Assembly: GCA_017412605.1 (NCBI GenBank)
Contig: JAFPWY010000007.1
Coordinates: 180,239 to 244,238 of the forward strand
Origin: Fibrobacter sp.
Lineage (GTDB): Bacteria; Fibrobacterota; Fibrobacteria; Fibrobacterales; Fibrobacteraceae
Length of the DNA: 64,000 nucleotides
Reading direction: 5' to 3'
Shown here: positions 17,291 through 26,331 of the stretch, one piece after another
Layout: the number at the start of each line of letters is the position of its first letter
Numbering within the stretch: the first letter of the stretch is position 1
The notes under the pieces: generated by a model
The model's input: the letters and a program-made list of their open reading frames with translations, nothing else
Told to the model about the DNA's origin: nothing
Databases searched by the model: none
Program-made: the position numbers and the translations under genes

Positions 17291-19037
17291 CTCCGCCCCC
17301 AAATAAGTCTAGCGTTTCCGAATCTTTTTTCTTTTTCGTGCTGTTAGTAACTTTCTTAACCGATGTCTTGTTGGCGTCAACAAAACGTCCTTTCTCGTGC
17401 ACCCAGTGCCCATTCTTCGATGCACCTTCCCATACAAAGCCTAACTTTTGGAGGTCTCGCAGGATTGTCAATTTTGTTACGCCGAACATAGTCGCCAAGG
17501 CATCTTTTGATATCATAGAATTCACGCTAACAACCTGCAAAACCTTTTCGGTTCTTGATACATTCTTTTCGTTTTGAGTATCATTTAGGGCATCATTTTG
17601 ACTATCACTTTGGGTATCATTTTGAGATACATTTTGGGTATCAAACCAATATCCCTTTTTAGGCGCACCTTTCCAAACATAGCCCATTTTCTTCAGATAG
17701 CGACGAACCGTAATTTCGCTTAATTCCAGTGTTTCTGCTATGGTTTTTACAGAAACACTGTTGCTTTGAACAACAAGTTCTTTTATACGGAACGCCCGCT
17801 TTTGACTATCATTTTGGCTATCACTTTGACTATCATTTTGAGGTGCATTTTGGGTAACAATTTTGCCATTCAACTTGTTCAGCGGGAAGGTCACAACCGT
17901 ATATCCAGTCTGCTCACTCCAGAAGGGTTGGGGTGAATTTTCCGCCTTGCAAGCATCCATTATGCGCTTGATACCCGAGCCCCATTTTTCCAAATATGTA
18001 GTTTGGTATAAGACGTTCGCAAGGACTTCGTTTCGCGGGAACGATTGGTGCGACCGCTTGATAGTTTTCGGAGTCAGTTCATGTGGCAACAAACCGGGGC
18101 TTTCAATTTCTATACGGTCATCGTAAATGGCGATGCCGATAGAGCACTGGTGAATGTCGTAATCCCTATGGCAAAGGGCATTGATTAGAGCCTCACGCAA
18201 CGCAGCTACCGGAACATCGAGGTGTTCTTCCCTTTTGAGCCCCTTGATTTCACCGCTCAGGGACAGGTGCTTGAAGAAGAAGCCCATACCCGCATCCAGC
18301 AAATCAAAGAAATTGCCGTGGGCCTGCTGGTTATCGATAAAGTAGTTCTTATCGGTCCCCCGGAAGCGGGCCATCCGAAGTAGATATTCAAACGAGAACT
18401 TCTTTGAAAAAAGAAACACCGCGGCGTTCCTCACATTATCGCCATCCAACAGGTTCCATTTTTTCAGTATTACTTTAATCGGCTCATTGAGCGACCCCAC
18501 CGGAATTCGTTTTTCTTCGACGCCGAGACGCACAACCCCACGAATCGTGCCGGCGTTAAGATCCTTTATGCTATACCCTTCGGCAGTCCTCATTTCCCAT
18601 GAATACTGGTGGGGCATATTAATGCGAATCCGCTCATCAAACATATCCCTGGGCATCGCCTTGGTGACGCTCTCCAGTCTATAATATGGCTTCCCGTGGA
18701 ATGTGTATGGCTTTTGCCCATAGACCCACGGATTGAACCTCAGCACGATTACCTGGAGGTTCGGCTTGCCGGAAATATCTACATATTCAATGACGGGCGT
18801 AACTGCAGGTTCGATCCCCGCCAAAGCCTGCGCGATATCGCGGCGGGTAGATTCTGAAACAATCTGCCCGACAATATTCAAGGAGGGTGTGACACCGAAA
18901 ACGAGAACTCCGCCATCGGAATTCAAAAAGGCACATGCCGTATGCATGCCTTCACGAAGTTCACCGGTAGATTTCTTCAACTCGACATTCTTCGTCTCGT
19001 CTTTAGAAATCAGTTTTTTGAGTTCATCCAGTGTCAT
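17280..19037 (-). CDS. Schlafen/AlbA_2 + HATPase_c_4-type domain + two tandem winged HTH modules
   Basis: ETKNVELKKS, CAFLNSDGGVLVFGV, ALREALINALCHRDY, YDDRIEIESPG, RNEVLANVL, EKWGSGIKRI; two C-terminal HTH-wing repeats ending GYVWKG..GYW and GFVWEG..GHW. Confidence 0.85.
   Translation of the reverse strand: MTLDELKKLISKDETKNVELKKSTGELREGMHTACAFLNSDGGVLVFGVTPSLNIVGQIVSESTRRDIAQALAGIEPAVTPVIEYVDISGKPNLQVIVLRFNPWVYGQKPYTFHGKPYYRLESVTKAMPRDMFDERIRINMPHQYSWEMRTAEGYSIKDLNAGTIRGVVRLGVEEKRIPVGSLNEPIKVILKKWNLLDGDNVRNAAVFLFSKKFSFEYLLRMARFRGTDKNYFIDNQQAHGNFFDLLDAGMGFFFKHLSLSGEIKGLKREEHLDVPVAALREALINALCHRDYDIHQCSIGIAIYDDRIEIESPGLLPHELTPKTIKRSHQSFPRNEVLANVLYQTTYLEKWGSGIKRIMDACKAENSPQPFWSEQTGYTVVTFPLNKLNGKIVTQNAPQNDSQSDSQNDSQKRAFRIKELVVQSNSVSVKTIAETLELSEITVRRYLKKMGYVWKGAPKKGYWFDTQNVSQNDTQSDSQNDALNDTQNEKNVSRTEKVLQVVSVNSMISKDALATMFGVTKLTILRDLQKLGFVWEGASKNGHWVHEKGRFVDANKTSVKKVTNSTKKKKDSETLDLFGGGDGE
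17572..17639 (-). repeat. 12-bp coding minisatellite (QND/QSD tetrapeptides), block 2
   Basis: ACCCAAAATGTA TCTCAAAATGAT ACCCAAAGTGAT AGTCAAAATGAT GCCCTAAATGAT ACTCAAAA on the minus strand. Confidence 0.85.
17800..17855 (-). repeat. 12-bp coding minisatellite (QND/QSD tetrapeptides), block 1
   Basis: ACCCAAAATGCA CCTCAAAATGAT AGTCAAAGTGAT AGCCAAAATGAT AGTCAAAA on the minus strand. Confidence 0.85.
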
Positions 19038-19046
19038 TGAATAGCC

Positions 19047-20615
19047 TTACCCCCGCTTTATCTCCTTCAGTTTCTGGGCCATCTGCTTGCGGACTTCGGC
19101 AAGTTCCTTTTCGAGGCGGTCGATATCCTTCTGCACGGCATCCACATCGATAGGAGCTTCTTCTTCGAAGGTGTCCACATAGCGCGGGATGTTCAGGTTG
19201 AATTCATTGCCCGCAATTTCGTCGAAAGAGGCGACATGGGCGTACTTGTCCACATTCTTGCGCTTCTTGTAGGTGTTCACAATCTTCGAGATGTTCTCTT
19301 CGGAGAGCGAATTCTGCTTTTTGCCCTGCACAAATTCACGGCTTGCGTCAATGAACAGCACGTCCTTGCGCTTTGCGTTCTTGCCGCCGATTTCACGGCT
19401 GCGGTCGAATACCAGAATCGCCACGGGAATGCTCGTGGTCGGGAAAAGGTTTTCGGGGAGGCCGATTACCGCATCCAGCAGGTTTTCGCGAATCATCGCT
19501 TCGCGGATTTTGCCTTCGGAAGAACCGCGGAACAGCACGCCGTGAGGCACCACGACAACGACACGGCCTTCGCCCGCAAGGCTCGTCTCGACCATATGCG
19601 TAATGAAGGCCCAGTCACCCTTGCTTTTGGGCGGAATACCACGGAAAAAGCGCTTGTAGGGGTCACTTTCGGCATTTTCAGCGCCCCATTTGTCGAGGCT
19701 GAAAGGCGGATTCGCAACCACCACATTGAATTTCATCAACTTGTCTTTTTCGACAAGCATCGGGCTGTTGAGCGTATCGCCCCATTCAATGCGGGCGCTA
19801 TCGGTGCTGTGCAAGAACATATTCATGCGGCAAAGTGCCCATGTGCTGCCGTTTGATTCCTGACCAAACAAGGCGTAGTTGCCGCTCGGCACCTGCTTCG
19901 CACCCTGCAAAAGCAAACCACCCGCACCACATGTCGGGTCGCAAATCTTGTCGCCATCCTTCGGGGCCGCAAGTTTCGCCACGAGTTCGGTAACAACAAA
20001 CGGTGTAAAGAATTCACCCGCCTTCTTGCCCGCCTCGGCACCGAAACGTTCCAACAGATACATGTAGGTGTTGCCGATGATGTCTTCGGAAACGCGACTC
20101 GGCGACATGTCGAGTTCTTCTTTGTGGAAGTCTTCGAGCAGCGTGCGCAGACGACGGTTGCGGTCCTTCGTCTTGCCGAGATTCGGCTCGGAATTGAAGT
20201 CAATATTGCGGAACACGCCTTCAAGCTTGAGCCTGTTCTGCGTTTCAATTTTGTCGAGAACGATGTTGATTAAATCGCCGATGTTATCTGCAGTGCGGCG
20301 TTCGTAAAGGCTGTAATAGTCCGCGACAAACTTGTCGATGACCTTGCCTTTCTCGTTCTTGATTTCTACCATCGGGAGTACAAAACGTTCGCGCTCCAGT
20401 TTGCGGAGGATTCGCGCCTCGTCGCCGCCGTATTGTTTGCCATAAGCGTCGTAATGGTCGCGCCAAACATCCGACATATACTTCAAGAACAGCATCACCA
20501 GAATGTAGTCCTTGTACTGCGCCGGATCAACCGCCCCGCGGAAGGTATCGCACGCGGCCCAGGCGGCAGCGTTGATGGCATCTTGCTTGATTTTTTCGCT
20601 TTTCACTTCACTCAT
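19047..20615 (-). CDS. hsdM: type I RM methyltransferase subunit M (m6A)
   Basis: LRGAVD-like FRGAVD, GEFFTP, DPTCGAGG (motif I), VVANPPF (motif IV), GVLFRG. Confidence 0.97.
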   Translation of the reverse strand: MSEVKSEKIKQDAINAAAWAACDTFRGAVDPAQYKDYILVMLFLKYMSDVWRDHYDAYGKQYGGDEARILRKLERERFVLPMVEIKNEKGKVIDKFVADYYSLYERRTADNIGDLINIVLDKIETQNRLKLEGVFRNIDFNSEPNLGKTKDRNRRLRTLLEDFHKEELDMSPSRVSEDIIGNTYMYLLERFGAEAGKKAGEFFTPFVVTELVAKLAAPKDGDKICDPTCGAGGLLLQGAKQVPSGNYALFGQESNGSTWALCRMNMFLHSTDSARIEWGDTLNSPMLVEKDKLMKFNVVVANPPFSLDKWGAENAESDPYKRFFRGIPPKSKGDWAFITHMVETSLAGEGRVVVVVPHGVLFRGSSEGKIREAMIRENLLDAVIGLPENLFPTTSIPVAILVFDRSREIGGKNAKRKDVLFIDASREFVQGKKQNSLSEENISKIVNTYKKRKNVDKYAHVASFDEIAGNEFNLNIPRYVDTFEEEAPIDVDAVQKDIDRLEKELAEVRKQMAQKLKEIKRG

Positions 20616-21232
20616 AGCGACTCCAGATATTTTGAAATTTCCGTTTCTAAAATTAAGTTCTTTTGCTTGACAATTTCTGCCATAATCTCATGTTCTTTCC
20701 GGCCAAGTTTTACAAGGTCGGCAATAGCCTGCTGCGCATTTAAACTGGGCAACTTGATAGGCATTTGCTCCAAAACGCCCTTGCTCACCAGCGGAATGCC
20801 GGAACCCGTCGCAAACTCCTTAAAATAGGCCGCACCGTACGCCCCATTTATATACCACGCCAGGTATTCTGGCGAAACCAATTCGCGATTCAAACGGATG
20901 CGAATCATCGGGGCAACAACCAACAGTTTTTCGGTGATTTCAGGAACAACCGCCGCCATAAACGGCGTGCCACGCGAACGGAAGATAAGGTCCCCTCCCG
21001 CGGCAAAGTGTGAGTCATTTGGGTTGACGTTTTCCACGCGTTTCAGGTTCTGCAATTTCAATTCGCCCGAGTCGTCCACATCGCGCAGAAAGCACGCAAG
21101 CGTTCCCGATTCTCCAGGAACACACGTGTTGCGGAAGGGGTAACCTACCGAAAGCAGGGCAACATCGCGCAGCGATACCGTATGCGATTTCGACAAGCCA
21201 AGGGCGTTCTTTGACACATTTTCAAAGTCCAT
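20612..21232 (-). CDS. half-size (single-TRD) HsdS-like protein
   Basis: GDLIFRSRG, PEYLAWYIN, LEQMPIKLPSLNAQQAIA + coiled coil; ATGA overlap with hsdM. Confidence 0.8.
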   Translation of the reverse strand: MDFENVSKNALGLSKSHTVSLRDVALLSVGYPFRNTCVPGESGTLACFLRDVDDSGELKLQNLKRVENVNPNDSHFAAGGDLIFRSRGTPFMAAVVPEITEKLLVVAPMIRIRLNRELVSPEYLAWYINGAYGAAYFKEFATGSGIPLVSKGVLEQMPIKLPSLNAQQAIADLVKLGRKEHEIMAEIVKQKNLILETEISKYLESL

Positions 21233-21461
21233 GCCCTAAATATACCTTATTCGCCTCTAAAATGCAAATAATTTTGTAGTATTTCAAATACTAACACAGA
21301 CAGACATTTAAAAATGGCGATTTTAGCAAAATTTCAGCATTTAATATAGAAAAACCGCCTTATCCTATGTAGCAAATACAGAAAATCTAAAATTTTAGTC
21401 ACAATTTCACGTCAAATTGGCCTTTTTGGCGTTTTTTAGGCAATTTTTTAGAAAAAGAACG

Positions 21462-21496
21462 AAAAAAGCCCCGAATCGAACGACTCGGGGCCTTTT
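21462..21496 (-). terminator. terminator hairpin after tRNA-Ser
   Basis: AAAAAAGCCCCGAATCGAACGACTCGGGGCCTTTT: GC stem flanked by A and T runs. Confidence 0.7.
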
Positions 21497-21499
21497 CAG

Positions 21500-21588
21500 C
21501 GGGAAGAGCGAGATTCGAACTCGCGATAGGATTAAGTCCTATACGTCCTTAGCAGGGACGCGCCTTCGGCCAACTCGGCCATCTTCCC
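21500..21588 (-). tRNA. tRNA-Ser (anticodon GCT)
   Basis: GGGAAGA...TCTTCCC-G acceptor stem, D-loop TGGCCGAGTTGGCCGAAGGC, anticodon loop CTGCTAA, long variable arm, T-loop GTTCGAATC; CCA not encoded. Confidence 0.95.
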
Positions 21589-21690
21589 ATCTTGGGGACA
21601 CTAATTTACTTAATTTTCACGTTTTTTTCAAGGGTCGGGGCCCAAAAAATTCTAGATTTTGATAGATTCCATCTTATACCTACATCCAAA

Positions 21691-24600
21691 ATGCGAATTT
21701 TTAAAAAGCCTTTGAAAATTGCCGCAGCGTTCGCCCTGGTCGGCCTCATTTGCTGCATCCCCGCATACATCGTCGTGTTCAAGATCCTCCCCGAGCAGGA
21801 TCCCGACAACCAGTTCAACCGCAATACCATCCTCCAGGTGCTCAGCGGAGAGACCCGCGTCTATTTTAACGACGGCAACGAGCTGCTCGGAGCCTTCTTC
21901 GACGCCAACCACCGCGTGTACGTACCCTACGGCGACATCCCGGTGAACATCGTCAACGCGCTGGTGGCCGCCGAAGACGCCGGCTACTGGAACCACAGCG
22001 GATTCAGCTTCCACGGTTTCGCGCGCGCCATGGCCCGCAACATCCGCGAGGGCCACCTCCGCCAGGGCGGCTCCACGCTCACCCAGCAGGCGGTCAAGAA
22101 CATTTTCGGCCGCGAGGAACGCAGCGTCAAGGAAAAACTCAAGGAGCTGATGAACGCGCTCCGCATGGAAAAGCACTTCAGCAAGGAAGAAATACTGGAA
22201 TTCTACCTGAACCAGTTCCACGTCTCGGGCACGGGCAAGGGTGTCGCCATCGCGGCGCAGTATTTCTTCAACAAGGAACTCAAGGACCTGACGCTCGCCG
22301 AATGCGCGTTCATCGCGGGCTCGGTCAAGGGGCCGTTCAACTACGACCCGTTCATCCAGCGCTCCACCGAACGCCGCGAGAAGGCGATCGCCCGCGGCCA
22401 GGAACGCCTCAAGTACGTGCTCGAACGCATGCTCGACGAGGGCTACATCGAAAAGGAAGACATGGAAAAGGCGCTCGCCAAGCCGCTCGAGTTCAACCAC
22501 GGCAACTTCCGCTTCACCATGAGCACCACGCTCGAACGCCTCGAAGAAAAGCTTGACAGCGACTACTTCCACGACCTGTTCCAGAAGGAAGGCATCGAGG
22601 ACTGGCGCAAGGCGCAACTCGTCATCGTGACGACCCTCAACGCAAAAAGCCAGGACGCCGCAAAGCGTGCCCTCCAGACAAACATAAGCAACCTGCAGAT
22701 GCAGCTCGGCGGTTTCGTACTGCCCAAGGCCGAATTCGGGAACCGCGCCCAGAGCGCGCGCAAGGGCGACTACCTCTACGGCACGGTCGACAGCGTGTTC
22801 TTCGACGAGGCGGGCAAGCTCAAGTCCCTCACGCTCAGCTTCGGCCAGCTCAAGGGCATTGTCACCGAAAAGGCCGTAAACGACTTCGCGAAGCAGGTCG
22901 GCGGCGACGTGAACAAGATTCTCGCTTCCCAGCTCAAGCAGGGAGCCATCCTCTTGGTGAGCATCCTTTCGGACGAGCTGCAGGACGGTTACGCCACCTG
23001 CAAGATAGAGACGGAACCGGTGTTGCAGGGTGCGCTGTTCGCCTTGCAGAACGGCAAGGTCATCGCAAGCCAGGGCGGTTTCCACAATACGGGATTCGAC
23101 CGCAGCTTCAAGGCGCTGCGCCAGCTCGGCTCCAGCTGGAAACCTCTACTTTTCGCACTCGCGCTCAAATACCACTGGAACTACCTCGACGAACTGGAAA
23201 ACGAGTACAACGCCTTCCAGTACGTGAACCAGTTCTACTTCCCGCGCCCCGACCACAAGAACAAGGGTGACGTGGTGAGCATCGCCTGGGCGGCCACGCG
23301 CTCCGAGAACATCGCGAGCATCTGGCTCCTGGAACACCTGCTCGACAAGCTGAGCGACGAGGAATTCCACGACGTCGCCGCGAAGAACGAAATGGCCCGC
23401 ATGCCCGACGAGGAATCCAAGGCATTCTTCGAACGCCTGCGCGACAAGTTCGGGCTCACCATGAAGGAAGACGTCAAGCGCGAAATTGAGTTCACCCGCG
23501 CCCGCGACGCACTCGTGGAACGCTACAAGAACGAAGGCCTCTACGCACAGGCACGCGCCATGCAGGCGCTGCGTTACGGTAGCTTCACCGACGTGGGCAT
23601 CAAGCAGGCCAAGCGCGACGCTTCGGCTATCCGCTACCTGCGACACAACTACAAGAACTATTCCGAAGTCCTGCGCAACCGCGAAAACGAAATTCTCATG
23701 AACGGGCTCACCGAAACGTTCGCCTCCCTCGAGGCAATCGAGCTGTTCCCGAACTTCTCCCTTGCCGACTTCAAGCGCCTGAGCACGATGGTCGAGCCCA
23801 CCGACCCCGAGAGCGACTACCTCGACCCCGAGCACCTGCGTTACTGGCCCGACTACCGCCGCGCGCTCGCCATGTCGGAATTCGCGAGGTTCGCAGGCGA
23901 AATCGGCATTAAGCAGAAGCTGCAGAAGGTGTTCAGCATGCCGCTCGGCGTGAACGACATTACCCTGAGCGAAATCACGACCGCTTATCAGACGATCCTC
24001 ACAGGCAAGGTGTTCAAGTGCAAGGACGGCGACTGGACCGAGCCCTGCCTCATCAAGGAAATCAAGAACCGCGACGGGCGCACCATCTTCAAGAACGACA
24101 CCGAAAGCAAGGTTGTCTTGGATGATGTGGTCACCACGCAAATGGGTGCGATGTTACGCTCCGTGTTCAAGAACGGAACCGCCCGCAGCCAGTACGCGAA
24201 CATCACCGTATCGAACCCCGAAGGCGCGCAGAAGCTGCGCTACCCGGCGCTGGGCAAGACAGGTACCACAAACGACTACCGCAACGTGGCCTTCATGGGC
24301 GCACTCCCGACATACGTCAAGGACAAGAACGGCATAGCGCTCGATTCCGTGGTGGCCATCGGCAGCTACGTGGGCTTCGACGACAACAAGCCGCTAAAGT
24401 CCGGACGCACACGTATCGCAGGTGCTAGCGGCGGCCTCCCGCAATGGGCGGCATTCGCGAAGGAAGAAATCGGAATCCTCGGCATCCCGGAACAAATCGA
24501 CTTCCTCGACATCTCCATGATGGCCAGCGGCGAAGTCCCGCTAATCCTGACAAACGAACGCGGGGAACTCACGGTCGACCCGATGACGGGCCGGGCGATG

Positions 24601-24951
24601 GCGGGCGCAAGCAGTGCGGAGGGCAGGCCGCTCCCGTGGCTCGACGTGCCGGGCTTCACCCCGCCGCAGGTGCAGGAACGCGCAGCGGCCGCAAGCGCCG
24701 AAATGGGAATACTCACAAGCATGCCGATGCCCACCGTGACCGACTCCGGCGCGCCCGCCATAGACGGGGCCATCGGCCCCGACGCGGGCTCCATGAGCCC
24801 GTCCCCGGCCCAGCCGCTGCCCGGAATGGAAACCCCGGCCGCAGCAAGCCAGCCGGCAGCTCCGAAGGCCGCAGCGATGCCCAAGGACGACGACTGGGAT
24901 TTGCCTGAAGGCCTGGGCGGCAACGCCTTCGTGCCTATAGAAGCGGAGTAG
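21691..24951 (+). CDS. class A penicillin-binding protein (transglycosylase/transpeptidase)
   Basis: AAEDAGYWNH, GGSTLTQQAVKN, KEEILEFYLN, GSSWKP (SxxK), SEN, GKTGT. ATG at 21691 precedes the TM anchor. Confidence 0.9.
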   Translation: MRIFKKPLKIAAAFALVGLICCIPAYIVVFKILPEQDPDNQFNRNTILQVLSGETRVYFNDGNELLGAFFDANHRVYVPYGDIPVNIVNALVAAEDAGYWNHSGFSFHGFARAMARNIREGHLRQGGSTLTQQAVKNIFGREERSVKEKLKELMNALRMEKHFSKEEILEFYLNQFHVSGTGKGVAIAAQYFFNKELKDLTLAECAFIAGSVKGPFNYDPFIQRSTERREKAIARGQERLKYVLERMLDEGYIEKEDMEKALAKPLEFNHGNFRFTMSTTLERLEEKLDSDYFHDLFQKEGIEDWRKAQLVIVTTLNAKSQDAAKRALQTNISNLQMQLGGFVLPKAEFGNRAQSARKGDYLYGTVDSVFFDEAGKLKSLTLSFGQLKGIVTEKAVNDFAKQVGGDVNKILASQLKQGAILLVSILSDELQDGYATCKIETEPVLQGALFALQNGKVIASQGGFHNTGFDRSFKALRQLGSSWKPLLFALALKYHWNYLDELENEYNAFQYVNQFYFPRPDHKNKGDVVSIAWAATRSENIASIWLLEHLLDKLSDEEFHDVAAKNEMARMPDEESKAFFERLRDKFGLTMKEDVKREIEFTRARDALVERYKNEGLYAQARAMQALRYGSFTDVGIKQAKRDASAIRYLRHNYKNYSEVLRNRENEILMNGLTETFASLEAIELFPNFSLADFKRLSTMVEPTDPESDYLDPEHLRYWPDYRRALAMSEFARFAGEIGIKQKLQKVFSMPLGVNDITLSEITTAYQTILTGKVFKCKDGDWTEPCLIKEIKNRDGRTIFKNDTESKVVLDDVVTTQMGAMLRSVFKNGTARSQYANITVSNPEGAQKLRYPALGKTGTTNDYRNVAFMGALPTYVKDKNGIALDSVVAIGSYVGFDDNKPLKSGRTRIAGASGGLPQWAAFAKEEIGILGIPEQIDFLDISMMASGEVPLILTNERGELTVDPMTGRAMAGASSAEGRPLPWLDVPGFTPPQVQERAAAASAEMGILTSMPMPTVTDSGAPAIDGAIGPDAGSMSPSPAQPLPGMETPAAASQPAAPKAAAMPKDDDWDLPEGLGGNAFVPIEAE

Positions 24952-24954
24952 CAG

Positions 24955-25110
24955 TGAGGTATGAGGTCGGCGCGATGCGCCTTTGAGCTATGAGGCCGTT
25001 CGCCTTCGGCTCTCTCTGAGCAGTCAGCGATGAGTGGTAAAATTGCGGAAAAAATACCTCACCGCTCATCGCTCATTGCTCACCGCTCACTGCTCATTGC
25101 TCATCGCTCG
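24955..25110. repeat. heptamer/hairpin repeat element with a 7x CTCAYYG array
   Basis: TGAGGTA-type heptamers around hairpin GGCGC-GAT-GCGCC; seven tandem CTCAYYG at 25058-25106; 22-bp inverted stem 25017-25038/25061-25082. Confidence 0.8.
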
Positions 25111-25143
25111 AACCTCTCCCCTATTACCTATATTTACCTTTTG

Positions 25144-26331
25144 ATGAAGCACTTCCTTTTACTTTTATCGGCTTTTGCTCTGGCGGCTTGTGTGGCTAAT
25201 GCTCCAGCACCAGGCACATCGCCAGAACCTGTCACTGACCAGGACACCCCGGAGCAGACTGGCTCCGAAAAGTCCACCCTCGGCCAGCCCGCCAAGGCGC
25301 AGGCGCTTGACAGCTACCGCCTCGCCACTCCCGAAACCGTACCCTCGACCGAACCGGTACAGCAGTCTTCCATCGACGTGGTCCCGGTCTCCGAGAAAGG
25401 CAAGGACGCACAGGCGCAGGCCCCAGTCGATCCCTACAAGGCATTCCCCTCCCTCGCTGAAGGCGTATTCGCCTATGCGGACGCCCTCTACAAGGCAGGC
25501 TTTGCAGACTCCGCCGTGGCCTACCTCCAGCGCTTCCGCGTCATCAAGCCGCTCTGGGCACAGTGGGAAGCCAAAACCGACTCCATGATCTTCGCCTTCG
25601 ACAAGGTCCGCGCCGAAAGGGCGAAACGCTTTGAGCCCTTAGTCCTCGAAATCCAGAACATGAACCGCGCCCGCGCCGCCTACAGCATGGTCGCCGAAAC
25701 AGCCGACAGCCTCATCGCCCTCGCTCCCGACGACTCGCTCACCCGCTGGGCAATTGAACAGAAGCAGGTCGCTTACAAGAACACGCTTGCCAAGGCGAAA
25801 AAGGAATACGCCGAAATCAAGTCGCTCGCCGACGACAAGGCACAATTTGCCGAAGCCCAGAAAAAGGTGACCGAGTTCCAGATGCGCTACCGTGACTTCG
25901 AAGCCGAGCTCCAAATCCAGGCGCTTGTGGACCACATCCGCGAACTCGCCCAGGCAACCGATGCCGCCGCCGCCAAGTACTGGGAATCGCATGACCCGGC
26001 CGAAGCCCTCGCCAAGGCCGACGAATTCATCAAGGCCGGCAAGTACAAGGATGCAAAGGAACTATTGAACAAGCTCAAGGCAAGCAAGTTGCGCAAAGAA
26101 GCCAACGCGAAATACCACGAACTTGCCGATGCCTTCTGCAACACCCAGCGCAAGGAAACCTCAAACCTTTTCGCAAAAGCCCAGAAGCAGAAGGACCCCG
26201 ACAAAAAGCGCGAGCTCCTCAAACAGGCCATTGCACCGCTGGACAAGTGCATGAGCGAATATCCGGATAACAGCCAAAAGAAGACTGTCGTAGAGAACAG
26301 GCAATTCCTCGAGAAGGAAATCCAGAAGTGA
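25144..26331 (+). CDS. hypothetical lipoprotein, helical/TPR-like
   Basis: MKHFLLLLSAFALAAC lipobox; upstream ORF extension is just the translated heptamer repeat. Confidence 0.75.
   Translation: MKHFLLLLSAFALAACVANAPAPGTSPEPVTDQDTPEQTGSEKSTLGQPAKAQALDSYRLATPETVPSTEPVQQSSIDVVPVSEKGKDAQAQAPVDPYKAFPSLAEGVFAYADALYKAGFADSAVAYLQRFRVIKPLWAQWEAKTDSMIFAFDKVRAERAKRFEPLVLEIQNMNRARAAYSMVAETADSLIALAPDDSLTRWAIEQKQVAYKNTLAKAKKEYAEIKSLADDKAQFAEAQKKVTEFQMRYRDFEAELQIQALVDHIRELAQATDAAAAKYWESHDPAEALAKADEFIKAGKYKDAKELLNKLKASKLRKEANAKYHELADAFCNTQRKETSNLFAKAQKQKDPDKKRELLKQAIAPLDKCMSEYPDNSQKKTVVENRQFLEKEIQK

Noticed and set aside
14068-21232. Phase-variable hsdS shufflon involving halfS and hsdS
   Set aside because: Both genes are on the same strand, with no invertase and no inverted repeats detected by eye.
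21500-21588. tRNA-Ser as a dedicated substrate or antidote for the neighbouring Schlafen/HEPN proteins
   Set aside because: Ordinary housekeeping-looking tRNA; proximity is more simply explained by tRNAs being insertion hotspots.
25030-25143. N-terminal ORF extensions in the track (25030, also 21592, 34759, 35529, 52696, 53662)
   Set aside because: They translate repeats, tRNA flank or opposite-strand genes; downstream ATGs give proper signal peptides or homologous starts.
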